DNA of 24,953 nt from a virus (taxonomy: Duplodnaviria; Caudoviricetes), in IMG/VR virus record IMGVR_UViG_3300032212_000126, positions 1 through 24,953 of that record; one strand, given 5' to 3'. Positions 6,164 to 14,576 of this stretch are shown piece by piece; within the stretch, counting starts at the first letter, position 1; each line of letters begins with the position of its first letter. The position numbers and the translations under genes are program-made. Below the pieces are notes generated by a model. The model had not been told where the DNA came from. It made no database searches and saw only the letters and a list, made by a program, of their open reading frames with translations.

Positions 6164-7318
6164 ATGGACAAACACAAAAACACACAACACGACTTCAAAG
6201 GCTTCGACGATCACGTCGAGGTCTTTCGTTCTGGCGAACACACATCCAGCAATGGTGTTAAACGCACATGGACGAATGAAGAGCTTGATCAGATGGTGGC
6301 CAACCACAGCGCCGCCACTGCCGCCCCGATTGTTGTTGGCCATCCTACGCATAACGATCCCGCCTATGGCTGGATTGATGAACTGAAACGTGACGGGGAT
6401 TCCCTGCAAGCCAAGTTCCGCGACGTAAACCCAGCCTTTGCCACTGGTGTTGAAGACGGCGCATACCGCAAACGCTCAGTGCGTATATATAAGACCCCTG
6501 ATAACACGATGGCAATTGAGCATGTTGGTTTTCTCGGTGCCAGGCGCCCAGCGATTCCACTCGATGCGATGAATTATTCCAGTGCTGATGCTGAAGAAAC
6601 TTACGATTTCGAGGCTGACTGGTACACGCCGAATGTATTTGCTCGCGTTATGCGCCGCATGCGTGAATTTCTAATCGGGGAGCATGGCCTGGACAAGGCT
6701 GACCAGGTGCTGCCTGAGTATGAGATCGACAGCATGAAAGACCATGCTGATGCCTTGCTAAATCCTTCGGAGGAAACCCCCTCCTCATTTTCCTCTGACA
6801 ACCACAACCAAGGAGGTGCCGACGTGCCACCCGAATTTACCCAGGCGGATATTGATGCCGCAGAACAACGTGGCCGCAACGCTGCGAAATCCGATTTCTC
6901 AGTCAGTGAAGAATTACTACAGCAGCAGTTGGATAGCGAACGCCGCCAGCGACTGACAACTGATTTCACTGCCTTTGTCGATGGCAGCAATCTGACCCCG
7001 GCCCAGGCTGAAGGCGCGGTGGATTTCATGCTGCAACTTTCTGACGCCGAAGATACGCAGTTTGAATTCAGCGCAGGTGAAGGCGACAAATCGCAGCACA
7101 TCAAGAAGACACCGCTGCAATGGTTTAAAGACTTTGCTGCTGCTGTGCCTAAACAGGTGGACACAACAGAGACGAATGCCGGTGAGGCGGGAATCGATAT
7201 GGATGATGCCAACGCCCTGGCAAAAGCAGCTCAGGACTTTGTGGCATCAGAGGCTGAAAGCGGTCGTACTGTTTTGGTCTCAGCTGCAATGAATCACGTA
7301 ACCAAGGGGGTCAAGTAA
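6164..7318 (+). CDS. Prohead protease/scaffold (Mu gpI-like)
   Basis: VEVFRSGEHT, APIVVGHP, PAYGWI, YRKRSV, HVGFLGA motifs; acidic C-terminal half; start taken as ATG 6164 (6155 and 6101 in frame). Confidence 0.9.
   Translation: MDKHKNTQHDFKGFDDHVEVFRSGEHTSSNGVKRTWTNEELDQMVANHSAATAAPIVVGHPTHNDPAYGWIDELKRDGDSLQAKFRDVNPAFATGVEDGAYRKRSVRIYKTPDNTMAIEHVGFLGARRPAIPLDAMNYSSADAEETYDFEADWYTPNVFARVMRRMREFLIGEHGLDKADQVLPEYEIDSMKDHADALLNPSEETPSSFSSDNHNQGGADVPPEFTQADIDAAEQRGRNAAKSDFSVSEELLQQQLDSERRQRLTTDFTAFVDGSNLTPAQAEGAVDFMLQLSDAEDTQFEFSAGEGDKSQHIKKTPLQWFKDFAAAVPKQVDTTETNAGEAGIDMDDANALAKAAQDFVASEAESGRTVLVSAAMNHVTKGVK
6824..7318 (+). CDS. Nested scaffold protein (Mu gpZ-like)
   Basis: AAGGAGGT at 6810-6817 then in-frame GTG 6824; Mu Z is made from an internal start in I. 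Confidence 0.7.
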   Translation: MPPEFTQADIDAAEQRGRNAAKSDFSVSEELLQQQLDSERRQRLTTDFTAFVDGSNLTPAQAEGAVDFMLQLSDAEDTQFEFSAGEGDKSQHIKKTPLQWFKDFAAAVPKQVDTTETNAGEAGIDMDDANALAKAAQDFVASEAESGRTVLVSAAMNHVTKGVK

Positions 7319-7321
7319 GCC

Positions 7322-7699
7322 ATGAATCAGTACATCAAAAACTATGTAGCGGAAGGCGCGATTGCAGCGTACCGCATTGTTATGCACGGCGCAGCCGATG
7401 GCCAGGTGTTGCAGGCGACTGCAGCCACAGACCTATTGATCGGTGCGGCGGTGATACCCGCCAATCAATCTGTTGTCGCCAATGAGCGCGTCGATGTGGC
7501 GCTGGATCGATTCGTGCCGGTTGAATATGGCGGCACGATTGCAGCGGGTGATCCGCTCACGGCAGACGCTAGCGGCAAAGCCGTTGCGGCCGGGCCAGCA
7601 GCGGGCACGAACAATCGCATCATCGGTTATGCCGGTGTTGCTGGTGTGGCTGGCGACATTGTTGATGTCTATATCCGTCCTGGTCAGATTCAAGGTTAA
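7322..7699 (+). CDS. Capsid cement/decoration protein (DUF2190-like)
   Basis: 125 aa Ala/Gly-rich; VEYGGTIAAGDPLTADASGKAV; between scaffold and capsid genes. Confidence 0.8.
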   Translation: MNQYIKNYVAEGAIAAYRIVMHGAADGQVLQATAATDLLIGAAVIPANQSVVANERVDVALDRFVPVEYGGTIAAGDPLTADASGKAVAAGPAAGTNNRIIGYAGVAGVAGDIVDVYIRPGQIQG

Positions 7700-7714
7700 T
7701 AGAGGAGCTAGTTA

Positions 7715-8641
7715 ATGAAAACACCATTTCCAGTTGATCCGGTTCTGACAGGCATCGCCATCGCTTACAGTAACCGCACCATGATTGCAGACGCAGTATT
7801 GCCGCGTGTGCCTGTTGGTAAGGAAGAGTTTAAGTACACAAAGTATGACCTGGCAGAAGGCTTTACAGTGCCGGACACCAAGGTTGGTCGTAAGTCCAAG
7901 CCGAACGAAATTGAATTTACTGGCACAGAAGTGACCGACTCCACTGAAGATTGGGGCTTGGACGATCCAATACCGATATCTGACATCCTGAATGCGCCAG
8001 ACAACTATGATCCTGTGCAGCGCGCCACTGAGCAGCTGACCAATATCATTGAGCTGGACCGCGAGCTTCGAGTAGCTGGCAAAGTGTTTAATGCTGCCAA
8101 CTATGCCGCGGCTAACAAGATTGTTTTGTCAGGCACAGATCAGTGGAGTGACTTCACCAACTCAGATCCGATTGGCGACATCATGCTCGGCCTGGACTCA
8201 TGCATCATGCGACCCAATGTCGGTGTCTTTGGCCGCGCCACCATGAGCAAGCTGGCACAGCACCCGGATATTGTTAAGGCCACTAACCGCAATTCTGGCG
8301 ACAAGGGTATTGCGCAGCGTGAAGCGATCGCCGCCCTGTTGGAGCTGGAAGAAGTATTGGTCGGTGAAAGCTTTGTGAATAACGCCCGTAAAGGCCAGGC
8401 GGCTTCCATCGGCCGCGCCTGGGGCAAACATGCCTCATTCATCTATCGCGACACGATGGCTGACAACCGCAACGGCACCACCTTTGGTTTTACGGCGCAG
8501 TTTGGTCAGCGTGTGGCTGGCTCTAAAGAAGATTCCGATATCGGCCTACGCGGTGGTGTGCGGGTACGCTCAGGTGAGTCGGTGAAAGAAGTACTCACCG
8601 CCACTGATCTGGGTTACTTCATCCAGAACGCTGTTGGCTAA
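7715..8641 (+). CDS. Major capsid protein
   Basis: 308 aa; VDPVLTGIAIAYSN...IADAVLPRVPV...WSD..NSDPIGDI...LGYFIQNAV; GAGGAG RBS; synteny. Confidence 0.9.
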   Translation: MKTPFPVDPVLTGIAIAYSNRTMIADAVLPRVPVGKEEFKYTKYDLAEGFTVPDTKVGRKSKPNEIEFTGTEVTDSTEDWGLDDPIPISDILNAPDNYDPVQRATEQLTNIIELDRELRVAGKVFNAANYAAANKIVLSGTDQWSDFTNSDPIGDIMLGLDSCIMRPNVGVFGRATMSKLAQHPDIVKATNRNSGDKGIAQREAIAALLELEEVLVGESFVNNARKGQAASIGRAWGKHASFIYRDTMADNRNGTTFGFTAQFGQRVAGSKEDSDIGLRGGVRVRSGESVKEVLTATDLGYFIQNAVG

Positions 8642-8800
8642 GAGCCTGCCCCGTGAAGTTTTTGGGTACGAATAACCCCGTGAGAGAGAGAAGTCGCCCG
8701 GTCGCTGATTGATCGGATAACTCAAGCCAGGCCGTGTTGGTGATGAGTGAAGACCTGGAGAGGGGCCGAGGCACGGAAAACTTCGGCCCGCTTTGGAGAA
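8642..8800 (+). ncRNA. Candidate structured RNA downstream of the capsid gene
   Basis: Stems CCGGTC/GATCGG, CCAGG/CCTGG, GGGCCGAGG/CTTCGGCCC; complementary loops CCGTG/CACGG. Confidence 0.5.
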
Positions 8801-8805
8801 AAGTA

Positions 8806-9255
8806 ATGAGTAAGTCTGAATCAACAACTTGGCATATCTGCAAAGAACCAATCAAGCACAACGGCGAGCTTTACAAAATAGGCAGCCGTATTGAGTTGAA
8901 CGATGACTGCCGTCAACGCCTGAATGATTCTGGTGCGATTGATAACGCTGAAGCACCAGATGAGAAAAAACCTGCTGATGAAAATCATGATGGTGATAAC
9001 AAGGTCGTACAGTTAAACGCAGGCGGCCAAGGTGACAAAACGCCAACACCTGCTGAGGAACCCACCCTGCCAGAAGCACGCCAGGCAGTGATCATCAAAG
9101 CAATCGCGCAGCTTGACAAAGACAACGACGCGCACTGGCTCAAAGATAAAGTCACACCGGAATTAAAAGTGATAAACGATATCCTGAAATGGAACACACA
9201 AGTCAGTAAATCAGAGCGGGATGCCGCGATGGTTACGCTGAGTAACGAGCAATAG
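8806..9255 (+). CDS. Mu gp35-like protein
   Basis: ATG 8806 after GGAG; IKHNGELYKIGSRIEL N-terminus, acidic linker, C-terminal AIAQLD...HW...P...SERDAA; position after capsid gene. Confidence 0.65.
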   Translation: MSKSESTTWHICKEPIKHNGELYKIGSRIELNDDCRQRLNDSGAIDNAEAPDEKKPADENHDGDNKVVQLNAGGQGDKTPTPAEEPTLPEARQAVIIKAIAQLDKDNDAHWLKDKVTPELKVINDILKWNTQVSKSERDAAMVTLSNEQ

Positions 9256-9258
9256 CAA

Positions 9259-9573
9259 ATGCATCTATGGCGCCCTTATCGATGTAATTGTCGAATATGG
9301 GCGCTGGTGATGCTGCTTAGATTTGGTGGTGGATTAGCAAAGAGGCCATCGTTTGCCGGTTGGTGGAAACACGTTTTTTGGTCACCAGACGGTGAAACGC
9401 TCTACGAATACGCGCCACTTGAATATGATTTTGAAAGACGGATTCCACCAATTCTGTTTCGTGGTCATGTGCGTGAGGTTGTGAGTGAGTTTATTGAGCA
9501 GACCGTGGTTATTGGCGACAAGAAAATTGTTAATAAAATCGATTTGACACCACGTCTTAAGCGGCAATTGTGA
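9259..9573 (+). CDS. Hypothetical protein
   Basis: 104 aa, Trp/Arg-rich, 3 nt after upstream stop. Confidence 0.6.
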   Translation: MHLWRPYRCNCRIWALVMLLRFGGGLAKRPSFAGWWKHVFWSPDGETLYEYAPLEYDFERRIPPILFRGHVREVVSEFIEQTVVIGDKKIVNKIDLTPRLKRQL

Positions 9574-9590
9574 ATGATTAAAGGTGTTAT

Positions 9591-9989
9591 ATGTGGAAAG
9601 CAATTTATAGAACAGATACTGGCGAACTAGTTAGTATAGGAACTGTAGTTTCCGACCAACTAACTTTTGGAATGGCGTCACGTGATCTAGGAGAAACTGC
9701 GCCAGACTTAGAAGTTGTTGTGTGGGATCAGACGACGACTTCGTTTAAGGAAAAAACAATTACTAAGAAGCTTGTCCAGCGTGAAGAATTTATTGGTATG
9801 TTCACTGATACGGAGTTTGACAACATTCTTGCAGCTGCAAATGTAAATTCGACTATCTCTGGTTTTATCAAGAAGCTTGATTATGCCACCACTGTAAATT
9901 TGTTAAGCCCGAAAACAATAGATGCTGTAAATGCTCTCGAATCTGCTGGGCTACTAGCCGTAGGTAGAGCATCTGAGGTGTTGGCATAA
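9591..9989 (+). CDS. Hypothetical protein, possible fibre assembly chaperone
   Basis: 132 aa; AAGGTG RBS; C-terminus LESAGLLAVGRASEVLA resembles fibre-associated small proteins. Confidence 0.65.
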   Translation: MWKAIYRTDTGELVSIGTVVSDQLTFGMASRDLGETAPDLEVVVWDQTTTSFKEKTITKKLVQREEFIGMFTDTEFDNILAAANVNSTISGFIKKLDYATTVNLLSPKTIDAVNALESAGLLAVGRASEVLA

Positions 9990-10801
9990 TGTCTGACTTT
10001 GGATTCCAGGGGTCATCACAATTAGTTGATGCTGCGAATATTTCACTTAGTGGGGCGACACCAACAGGCGTGGCAGCAAACACAAAATCAGCATGGGTTG
10101 AGCTGTCGGCATCAACTACTGTAGAGACGATGGGTTTTAGCATTGCAGCAAACCATTCTGATGCATCCGCTGGGACACAAGTTTCGCTTTTGCTTGATAT
10201 TGGGATCGGTGCAGCAGGAAGTGAAACAGTAATTGTTGAGGGAATTGCCGTAGATGGCTCTCACACCTCTGAATATTTAATTTCGGCATATATACCGCTA
10301 CACATATCCGCAGGCAGTAGGGTTGCGATAAGAGGACAAGCAAGCGCCACAAGTGAAAATATCAGTGTGAAAATTAAGCTTCACCCGAAAACGATGGCGG
10401 GATTGACGTCATATCAAATAATTGAGTCATACGGGGTGAATAACGCTGACTCAGGCGGTGTAACAGTTACCACCCCGTCATCCGGTACATCAGCGTGGCA
10501 AGAAATTGTTGCATCAACAAATTCAGAAATAAAATCATTGGGCCTCTGTTTCACTTGCACAGGTTCAGCCAGTGACGCAATACACAAAACTGAATTCGCA
10601 GTGGGCGCGGCGGGTAGTGAAATTGTCGTCATTCCTGGTATGTCATGGTCATATCGTAGGACAACAGCTAGAAGCTCAATCATGCCTAATCTATCGTGGC
10701 TGCCCGTTCATATTCCAGCTGGCTCAAGAATTTCAGCTAGAACTACATTTGGAGGCGGCAGTACACGGTCGCTGGATGTTATTTTATTGGGGGCAAGATA
10801 G
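9989..10801 (+). CDS. Beta-rich virion protein with two tandem homologous domains
   Basis: SAWVELSAST..GAAGSETVIV..LHISAGSRVAIR repeated as SAWQEIVAST..GAAGSEIVVI..VHIPAGSRISAR. Confidence 0.75.
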   Translation: MSDFGFQGSSQLVDAANISLSGATPTGVAANTKSAWVELSASTTVETMGFSIAANHSDASAGTQVSLLLDIGIGAAGSETVIVEGIAVDGSHTSEYLISAYIPLHISAGSRVAIRGQASATSENISVKIKLHPKTMAGLTSYQIIESYGVNNADSGGVTVTTPSSGTSAWQEIVASTNSEIKSLGLCFTCTGSASDAIHKTEFAVGAAGSEIVVIPGMSWSYRRTTARSSIMPNLSWLPVHIPAGSRISARTTFGGGSTRSLDVILLGAR

Positions 10802-11128
10802 ATGTCATCAGCTGCAAATGGAGCACAAACGGCAGTGGTGGGTACAGAACACACGTTGACCACCCAGGGAACAGCTGGCACTTATCAAATTCGCGTTGAT
10901 TTGGGCAACATGGAAATTAGCGATGAATTAGAGTTGCGGGCCAAGGTAAAAGTATTATCTGGTGGAACAGCCAAGTTAATCACTCTAGGATATTTTTCAC
11001 ATAAACAAACAGAACTGGTGGTGGATTCTGTGCCGATTCATTCGCCATACAGCATTGAGTTCTCATTGAAACAAACAGCAGGGACAGCTCGTAATTTTGA
11101 TTGGAATTGTCTGAGGCTGGACGCGTAA
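10802..11128 (+). CDS. Hypothetical beta-rich protein
   Basis: 108 aa; abuts both neighbours. Confidence 0.7.
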   Translation: MSSAANGAQTAVVGTEHTLTTQGTAGTYQIRVDLGNMEISDELELRAKVKVLSGGTAKLITLGYFSHKQTELVVDSVPIHSPYSIEFSLKQTAGTARNFDWNCLRLDA

Positions 11129-12142
11129 ATGTTACATCGTTTTGGAGCGTCGTTTATTCCTGTTGTGGGCGGGGATATACCCATTATAGCCAGCGACTTG
11201 ATATCAGCGTCAATCACTGAGTCAGCGACAAGCTTATTGTTATCCACCGTCATCGACACAGTGAATTGCAGTATTACTGATTCAATGCAAACCATCTCTA
11301 TTTTATTGAGCGCTGCCGACAGCATCACAACTGCAATCACTGAAGCACAAGATGGTGTGTTGTTTAGCAATCGCACTGACGCATTAAATATTTCAATCAC
11401 TGACTCAGTGTCTGTCTACGGTCTTCTCACCACCACTGACAGCTTGGGGCTTTCCATCACTGAATCAATCGATCTGCTTTGCAGTCTTGCGGCTAGTGAT
11501 GTGGCAAGCATGTCAGTAGCTGAAGGCTTGGTTAACATTGCTGCCGTGTTGCAAGTGGCGGACAGCTTGAATCTATCTGTGACTGATGCCAGCCAGGCTG
11601 TGTTTACCCTCTTGTCAAGCGCAGATGATTTAGCGATTTCTATTGTAGACGCGGCCGCAATTCTTGGGCGTCTTGATCGTGCTGATAGTTTGAATCTTTC
11701 CATCACTGAATCAATCGACCTGCTCAATAGTTTGGTTGCCAGTGATGCGGTGAACATGTCGGTGACTGAAGGTTTGATTAACATCGCCGCAGTGTTGCAA
11801 GTGGCGGACAGTTTGAGTCTGTCTGTGGCTGATGCCAGCCAGGCGGTGTTTGTAATGTTGTCACGCAATGATGATTTGAATATTTCCATTACTGATGTCG
11901 CCGCCATTCTGGCGCGTCTTGATCGTAGTGACAGCATAAATATTTCAATCGAAGACCAGTCACAAGTTCTCAACTTTTTGAGCGTGTTGGATAGTTTGAA
12001 TGCATCGATCACTGATACCGCTGCCAGGCAGGCCATCGGCACGGTGATAGCTCGCCTGTCAGCCAAGCTAAGCATCTACCCAACATTGTCAGCAAAGCTT
12101 AAAAACTATCCCACTTTATCTGGTAAACCCAAGGTGAACTAA
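11129..12142 (+). CDS. Repetitive fibre-shaft-like protein
   Basis: 337 aa of ~20-21-aa repeats (DSLNLSITE-type); Ser/Ala/Ile/Leu/Asp rich. Confidence 0.75.
   Translation: MLHRFGASFIPVVGGDIPIIASDLISASITESATSLLLSTVIDTVNCSITDSMQTISILLSAADSITTAITEAQDGVLFSNRTDALNISITDSVSVYGLLTTTDSLGLSITESIDLLCSLAASDVASMSVAEGLVNIAAVLQVADSLNLSVTDASQAVFTLLSSADDLAISIVDAAAILGRLDRADSLNLSITESIDLLNSLVASDAVNMSVTEGLINIAAVLQVADSLSLSVADASQAVFVMLSRNDDLNISITDVAAILARLDRSDSINISIEDQSQVLNFLSVLDSLNASITDTAARQAIGTVIARLSAKLSIYPTLSAKLKNYPTLSGKPKVN
11438..11929 (+). repeat. 246-bp tandem duplication (82 aa)
   Basis: CTTTCCATCACTGAATCAATCGA at 11450 and 11696; GTGTTGCAAGTGGCGGACAG in both copies. Confidence 0.9.
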
Positions 12143-12372
12143 TGCAACAAGAGCAGATGAAAACGCAGATTGAAGAACAGGATTGGCAGCTGGTGAAGTT
12201 CGATGGTGAAGCACCCGCGCCAGGTGAAATGAAAGAGCCTGCCGAAATCGTTGAAGGCGGCCCAGACAAAGACACTTCCGTGACCTACCGCAAGGGCGAG
12301 GGCAATACGGTTAAATATTTTACCGGCAATAGCGATGGCTATGCCGAGTTGGCAAAAGAGGAGAAAAAATAA
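12142..12372 (+). CDS. Small acidic hypothetical protein
   Basis: 76 aa; TAATG coupling; AAGGTG RBS. Confidence 0.7.
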   Translation: MQQEQMKTQIEEQDWQLVKFDGEAPAPGEMKEPAEIVEGGPDKDTSVTYRKGEGNTVKYFTGNSDGYAELAKEEKK

Positions 12373-12374
12373 TC

Positions 12375-12755
12375 ATGGCTATGACTGAAGGATTTCGTAA
12401 TTACCTGGCACAGGCCGCCATTGGTGAAGCTGTAACAGCATTTGATAATGCCAATGCCCACATCGGCGTCGGTGATTCTGCCGCCGCATTCGCTGCTACG
12501 CAGGCTGACCTGCAAGCGGCAACCAACAAGCTGCGCAAGGGGATGGAAGCTGGCTATCCACAGCGCTCGGGCAATGTGCTGACGCTACGTGCTTTGTTTG
12601 CAACCGGCGAGGCCAACTGGGCATGGAATGAGTGGGGTGTGTTTAACTTTCAATTCGGTGGCACCATGATGAACCGCAAGGTCGAAGCCCTGGGCACAAA
12701 GACATCGGCACAGAGCTGGCAGTTGACCGTTACCAACACCCTCAACGCGGCCTAG
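12375..12755 (+). CDS. Virion structural protein resembling a fibre anchor domain
   Basis: 126 aa; HIGVGD..A...QADL...ALFATGEANWAWNEWGVFN...GGTMMNR pattern, reminiscent of tail-fibre N-terminal domains. Confidence 0.65.
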   Translation: MAMTEGFRNYLAQAAIGEAVTAFDNANAHIGVGDSAAAFAATQADLQAATNKLRKGMEAGYPQRSGNVLTLRALFATGEANWAWNEWGVFNFQFGGTMMNRKVEALGTKTSAQSWQLTVTNTLNAA

Positions 12756-12760
12756 TTGAT

Positions 12761-13093
12761 ATGAGCGACCTCTGGTTTATTGCCAACACCAATACCGTCG
12801 AACTCTCGGAATTAACAAACGATGAGACCGGCGAGTTGTTGGGTGCCAGCTACACCGTGCGCATGACCATGAGCAAGGATGGCACAGAGGTCGCCGGTCA
12901 GGCTTGGCCATTGGTGCTGAACTATGACAACTCAGACCCGGCCGAACCGAAGTTTATCGGCCGGGGTTCTCACCTATTAGAGTTGATTGACTACGAAGAA
13001 TACGACGTCAAGTTCGAGGCGTTCAATGCAGGCGATGGCGTTTATGGCGAATGGAACGATGTAGTCACAGCACGAATCAGAGGTGTGAAGTAA
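12761..13093 (+). CDS. Hypothetical acidic beta-sandwich-like protein
   Basis: 110 aa; coupled to the gp36-like gene by TAATG. Confidence 0.65.
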   Translation: MSDLWFIANTNTVELSELTNDETGELLGASYTVRMTMSKDGTEVAGQAWPLVLNYDNSDPAEPKFIGRGSHLLELIDYEEYDVKFEAFNAGDGVYGEWNDVVTARIRGVK

Positions 13094-13506
13094 TGCCCTA
13101 TCTAACCCGCTCGGATCTGATTAAACGCTTTGGTAATGACACGCTTGAGCAGCTCACTGATCGTGATGATCGTGGCAGTATCGACAGCGCTGTTTTAGAT
13201 GCCGCCATCGTCGATGCCTCGAACAGCTGCGACAGTTATCTGCAACAGGCTTATACCCTGCCGCTAACGCAGACCATGATCGACGCCAGCCCATTGAAAC
13301 GTCACTGTGGTGATGTGGTGATGTTTTATCTGTTTTCAGATGGCGCACCTGAGTATGTCGAAAAAAATCACGATAAGGCCATTAAGTGGTTGCGTGATGT
13401 TGCCGAGGGCAAGGCCACGCTGGGAGAGCAAGATACCCAGGCCGCATCATCTGGCCGCATTGTTTCTGGTCAAGGTGTCAGCGGTACTGACTGGGGGACT
13501 TACTAA
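13093..13506 (+). CDS. Head-tail adaptor, Mu gp36-like (DUF1320)
   Basis: MPYLTRSDLIKRFG...LDAAIVDAS..CDSYL...YTLPL...AIKWLRDVAEGKATLG; start at ATG 13093. Confidence 0.88.
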   Translation: MPYLTRSDLIKRFGNDTLEQLTDRDDRGSIDSAVLDAAIVDASNSCDSYLQQAYTLPLTQTMIDASPLKRHCGDVVMFYLFSDGAPEYVEKNHDKAIKWLRDVAEGKATLGEQDTQAASSGRIVSGQGVSGTDWGTY

Positions 13507-13955
13507 TGGCCGGTATTGAGCTTATCTATCAGGCCAACAACGTGCCTGCCCGGCTCAATCGTCTGGTGAAGTTTGATCCTGCCGAGATGCTCGATGAAAT
13601 TGGCCAGGCCTTAGTGTCATCAACGACGTTACGTTTTAAACGCAGTGTTGATCCAGCAGGTATGCCCTGGTTGGAACTTGCAGATGCTACCAAAACAGAA
13701 CGGCGCGGCTCAACTCCTAAACCCCTGGTCGACCGTGGCCATCTGCGTGACTCGATTACCCATCGGGTCAGTGGTGATGAAGTCGTTGTTGGCACCAATA
13801 TGATTTATGGCGCCATACATCAGTTCGGTGGCAAGGCCGGGCGCGGTAAAAAGGTGACCATTCCGGCACGACCCTACCTGGGCATTAGCCGCGATGATGA
13901 GGCTGAGATAAACGACATCGCTCAGCACTATATTGATCGTGCCATAGGGGCTTGA
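13506..13955 (+). CDS. Virion morphogenesis protein (Mu gpG-like)
   Basis: RF...DPAG.PW..L, LVDRGHLRDSI, VGTNMIYGAIHQFGG, IPARPYLGIS. Confidence 0.9.
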   Translation: MAGIELIYQANNVPARLNRLVKFDPAEMLDEIGQALVSSTTLRFKRSVDPAGMPWLELADATKTERRGSTPKPLVDRGHLRDSITHRVSGDEVVVGTNMIYGAIHQFGGKAGRGKKVTIPARPYLGISRDDEAEINDIAQHYIDRAIGA

Positions 13956-14404
13956 TGATGGATGATTTCATGAGCCTTGAACCATTGTTGATTCAACGCA
14001 TTTCTGACCAGGTGGCTGGTTATAAATGCAAGGTATTTGGTGCCCCAGAGTTGGAATCTTTTTCCAAAACTAAAAAAACACCACCCACACCGTCATGTGA
14101 TGTGGTCTTCGCCGGTCTGCGCCCGATTGAAGATCGTGGTGATGGTGTTACCCGTATTGAACAAACCTGGTACGTGGTGCCACGGGTCAAAAACCTGCGC
14201 AATGTTGCCGTGGGCAGTGCCGCTCGAGAGGATGCTGGCCCGCTTGTATTGCAGACCATGCAAGCGCTACTTGGCTGGACGCCAAGCAATAATCACAAGC
14301 AGTTGAAGATGGCAAAGGCACCACCACCTGAATACCTGGTCGGCGCACTGGAAGTGCCGCTGGCGTTTACCACCGAAGTCGTTATTAAACCCATAGGAGA
14401 TTAA
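13955..14404 (+). CDS. Tail terminator protein, Mu gp37-like
   Basis: 149 aa; QTWYVV, AGPLV....QALLGWTP, PLAFTT; synteny. Confidence 0.75.
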   Translation: MMDDFMSLEPLLIQRISDQVAGYKCKVFGAPELESFSKTKKTPPTPSCDVVFAGLRPIEDRGDGVTRIEQTWYVVPRVKNLRNVAVGSAAREDAGPLVLQTMQALLGWTPSNNHKQLKMAKAPPPEYLVGALEVPLAFTTEVVIKPIGD

Positions 14405-14407
14405 GTC

Positions 14408-14563
14408 ATGCCCGAATCTAAGCAAGATAAAACACCGGCAAAAAAAGTGTCGGTAACACTGAAAAAACCACACACCCATCAGCGCACCGAGCATAAGGTC
14501 GGCGACAAGATTGAGGTGCGTGAAGATCAGGCCAAGCGTCTACGCGAAGCAGAAATCATTTAA
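14408..14563 (+). CDS. Small basic protein preceding tail tube
   Basis: Not in track: MPESKQDKTPAKKVSVTLKKPHTHQRTEHKVGDKIEVREDQAKRLREAEII (51 aa); AGGAG RBS. Confidence 0.75.
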   Translation: MPESKQDKTPAKKVSVTLKKPHTHQRTEHKVGDKIEVREDQAKRLREAEII

Positions 14564-14576
14564 GAGGATTTAAATC

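Noticed and set aside
6601-7212. 203-aa minus-strand ORF
   Set aside because: Antisense shadow of the protease gene
8642-8800. Hammerhead or HDV-like ribozyme
   Set aside because: No CUGAnGA/GAAA core in a valid arrangement on either strand; HDV fold not evident
11416-12075. 219-aa minus-strand ORF; repeats as CRISPR or DGR template
   Set aside because: Shadow of the repeat gene; repeats are in-frame coding, no spacers, and no reverse transcriptase in window
14435-14450. A AAA AAA run as a chaperone-type frameshift
   Set aside because: -1 frame stops within about 20 codons and it lies upstream of the tail tube gene
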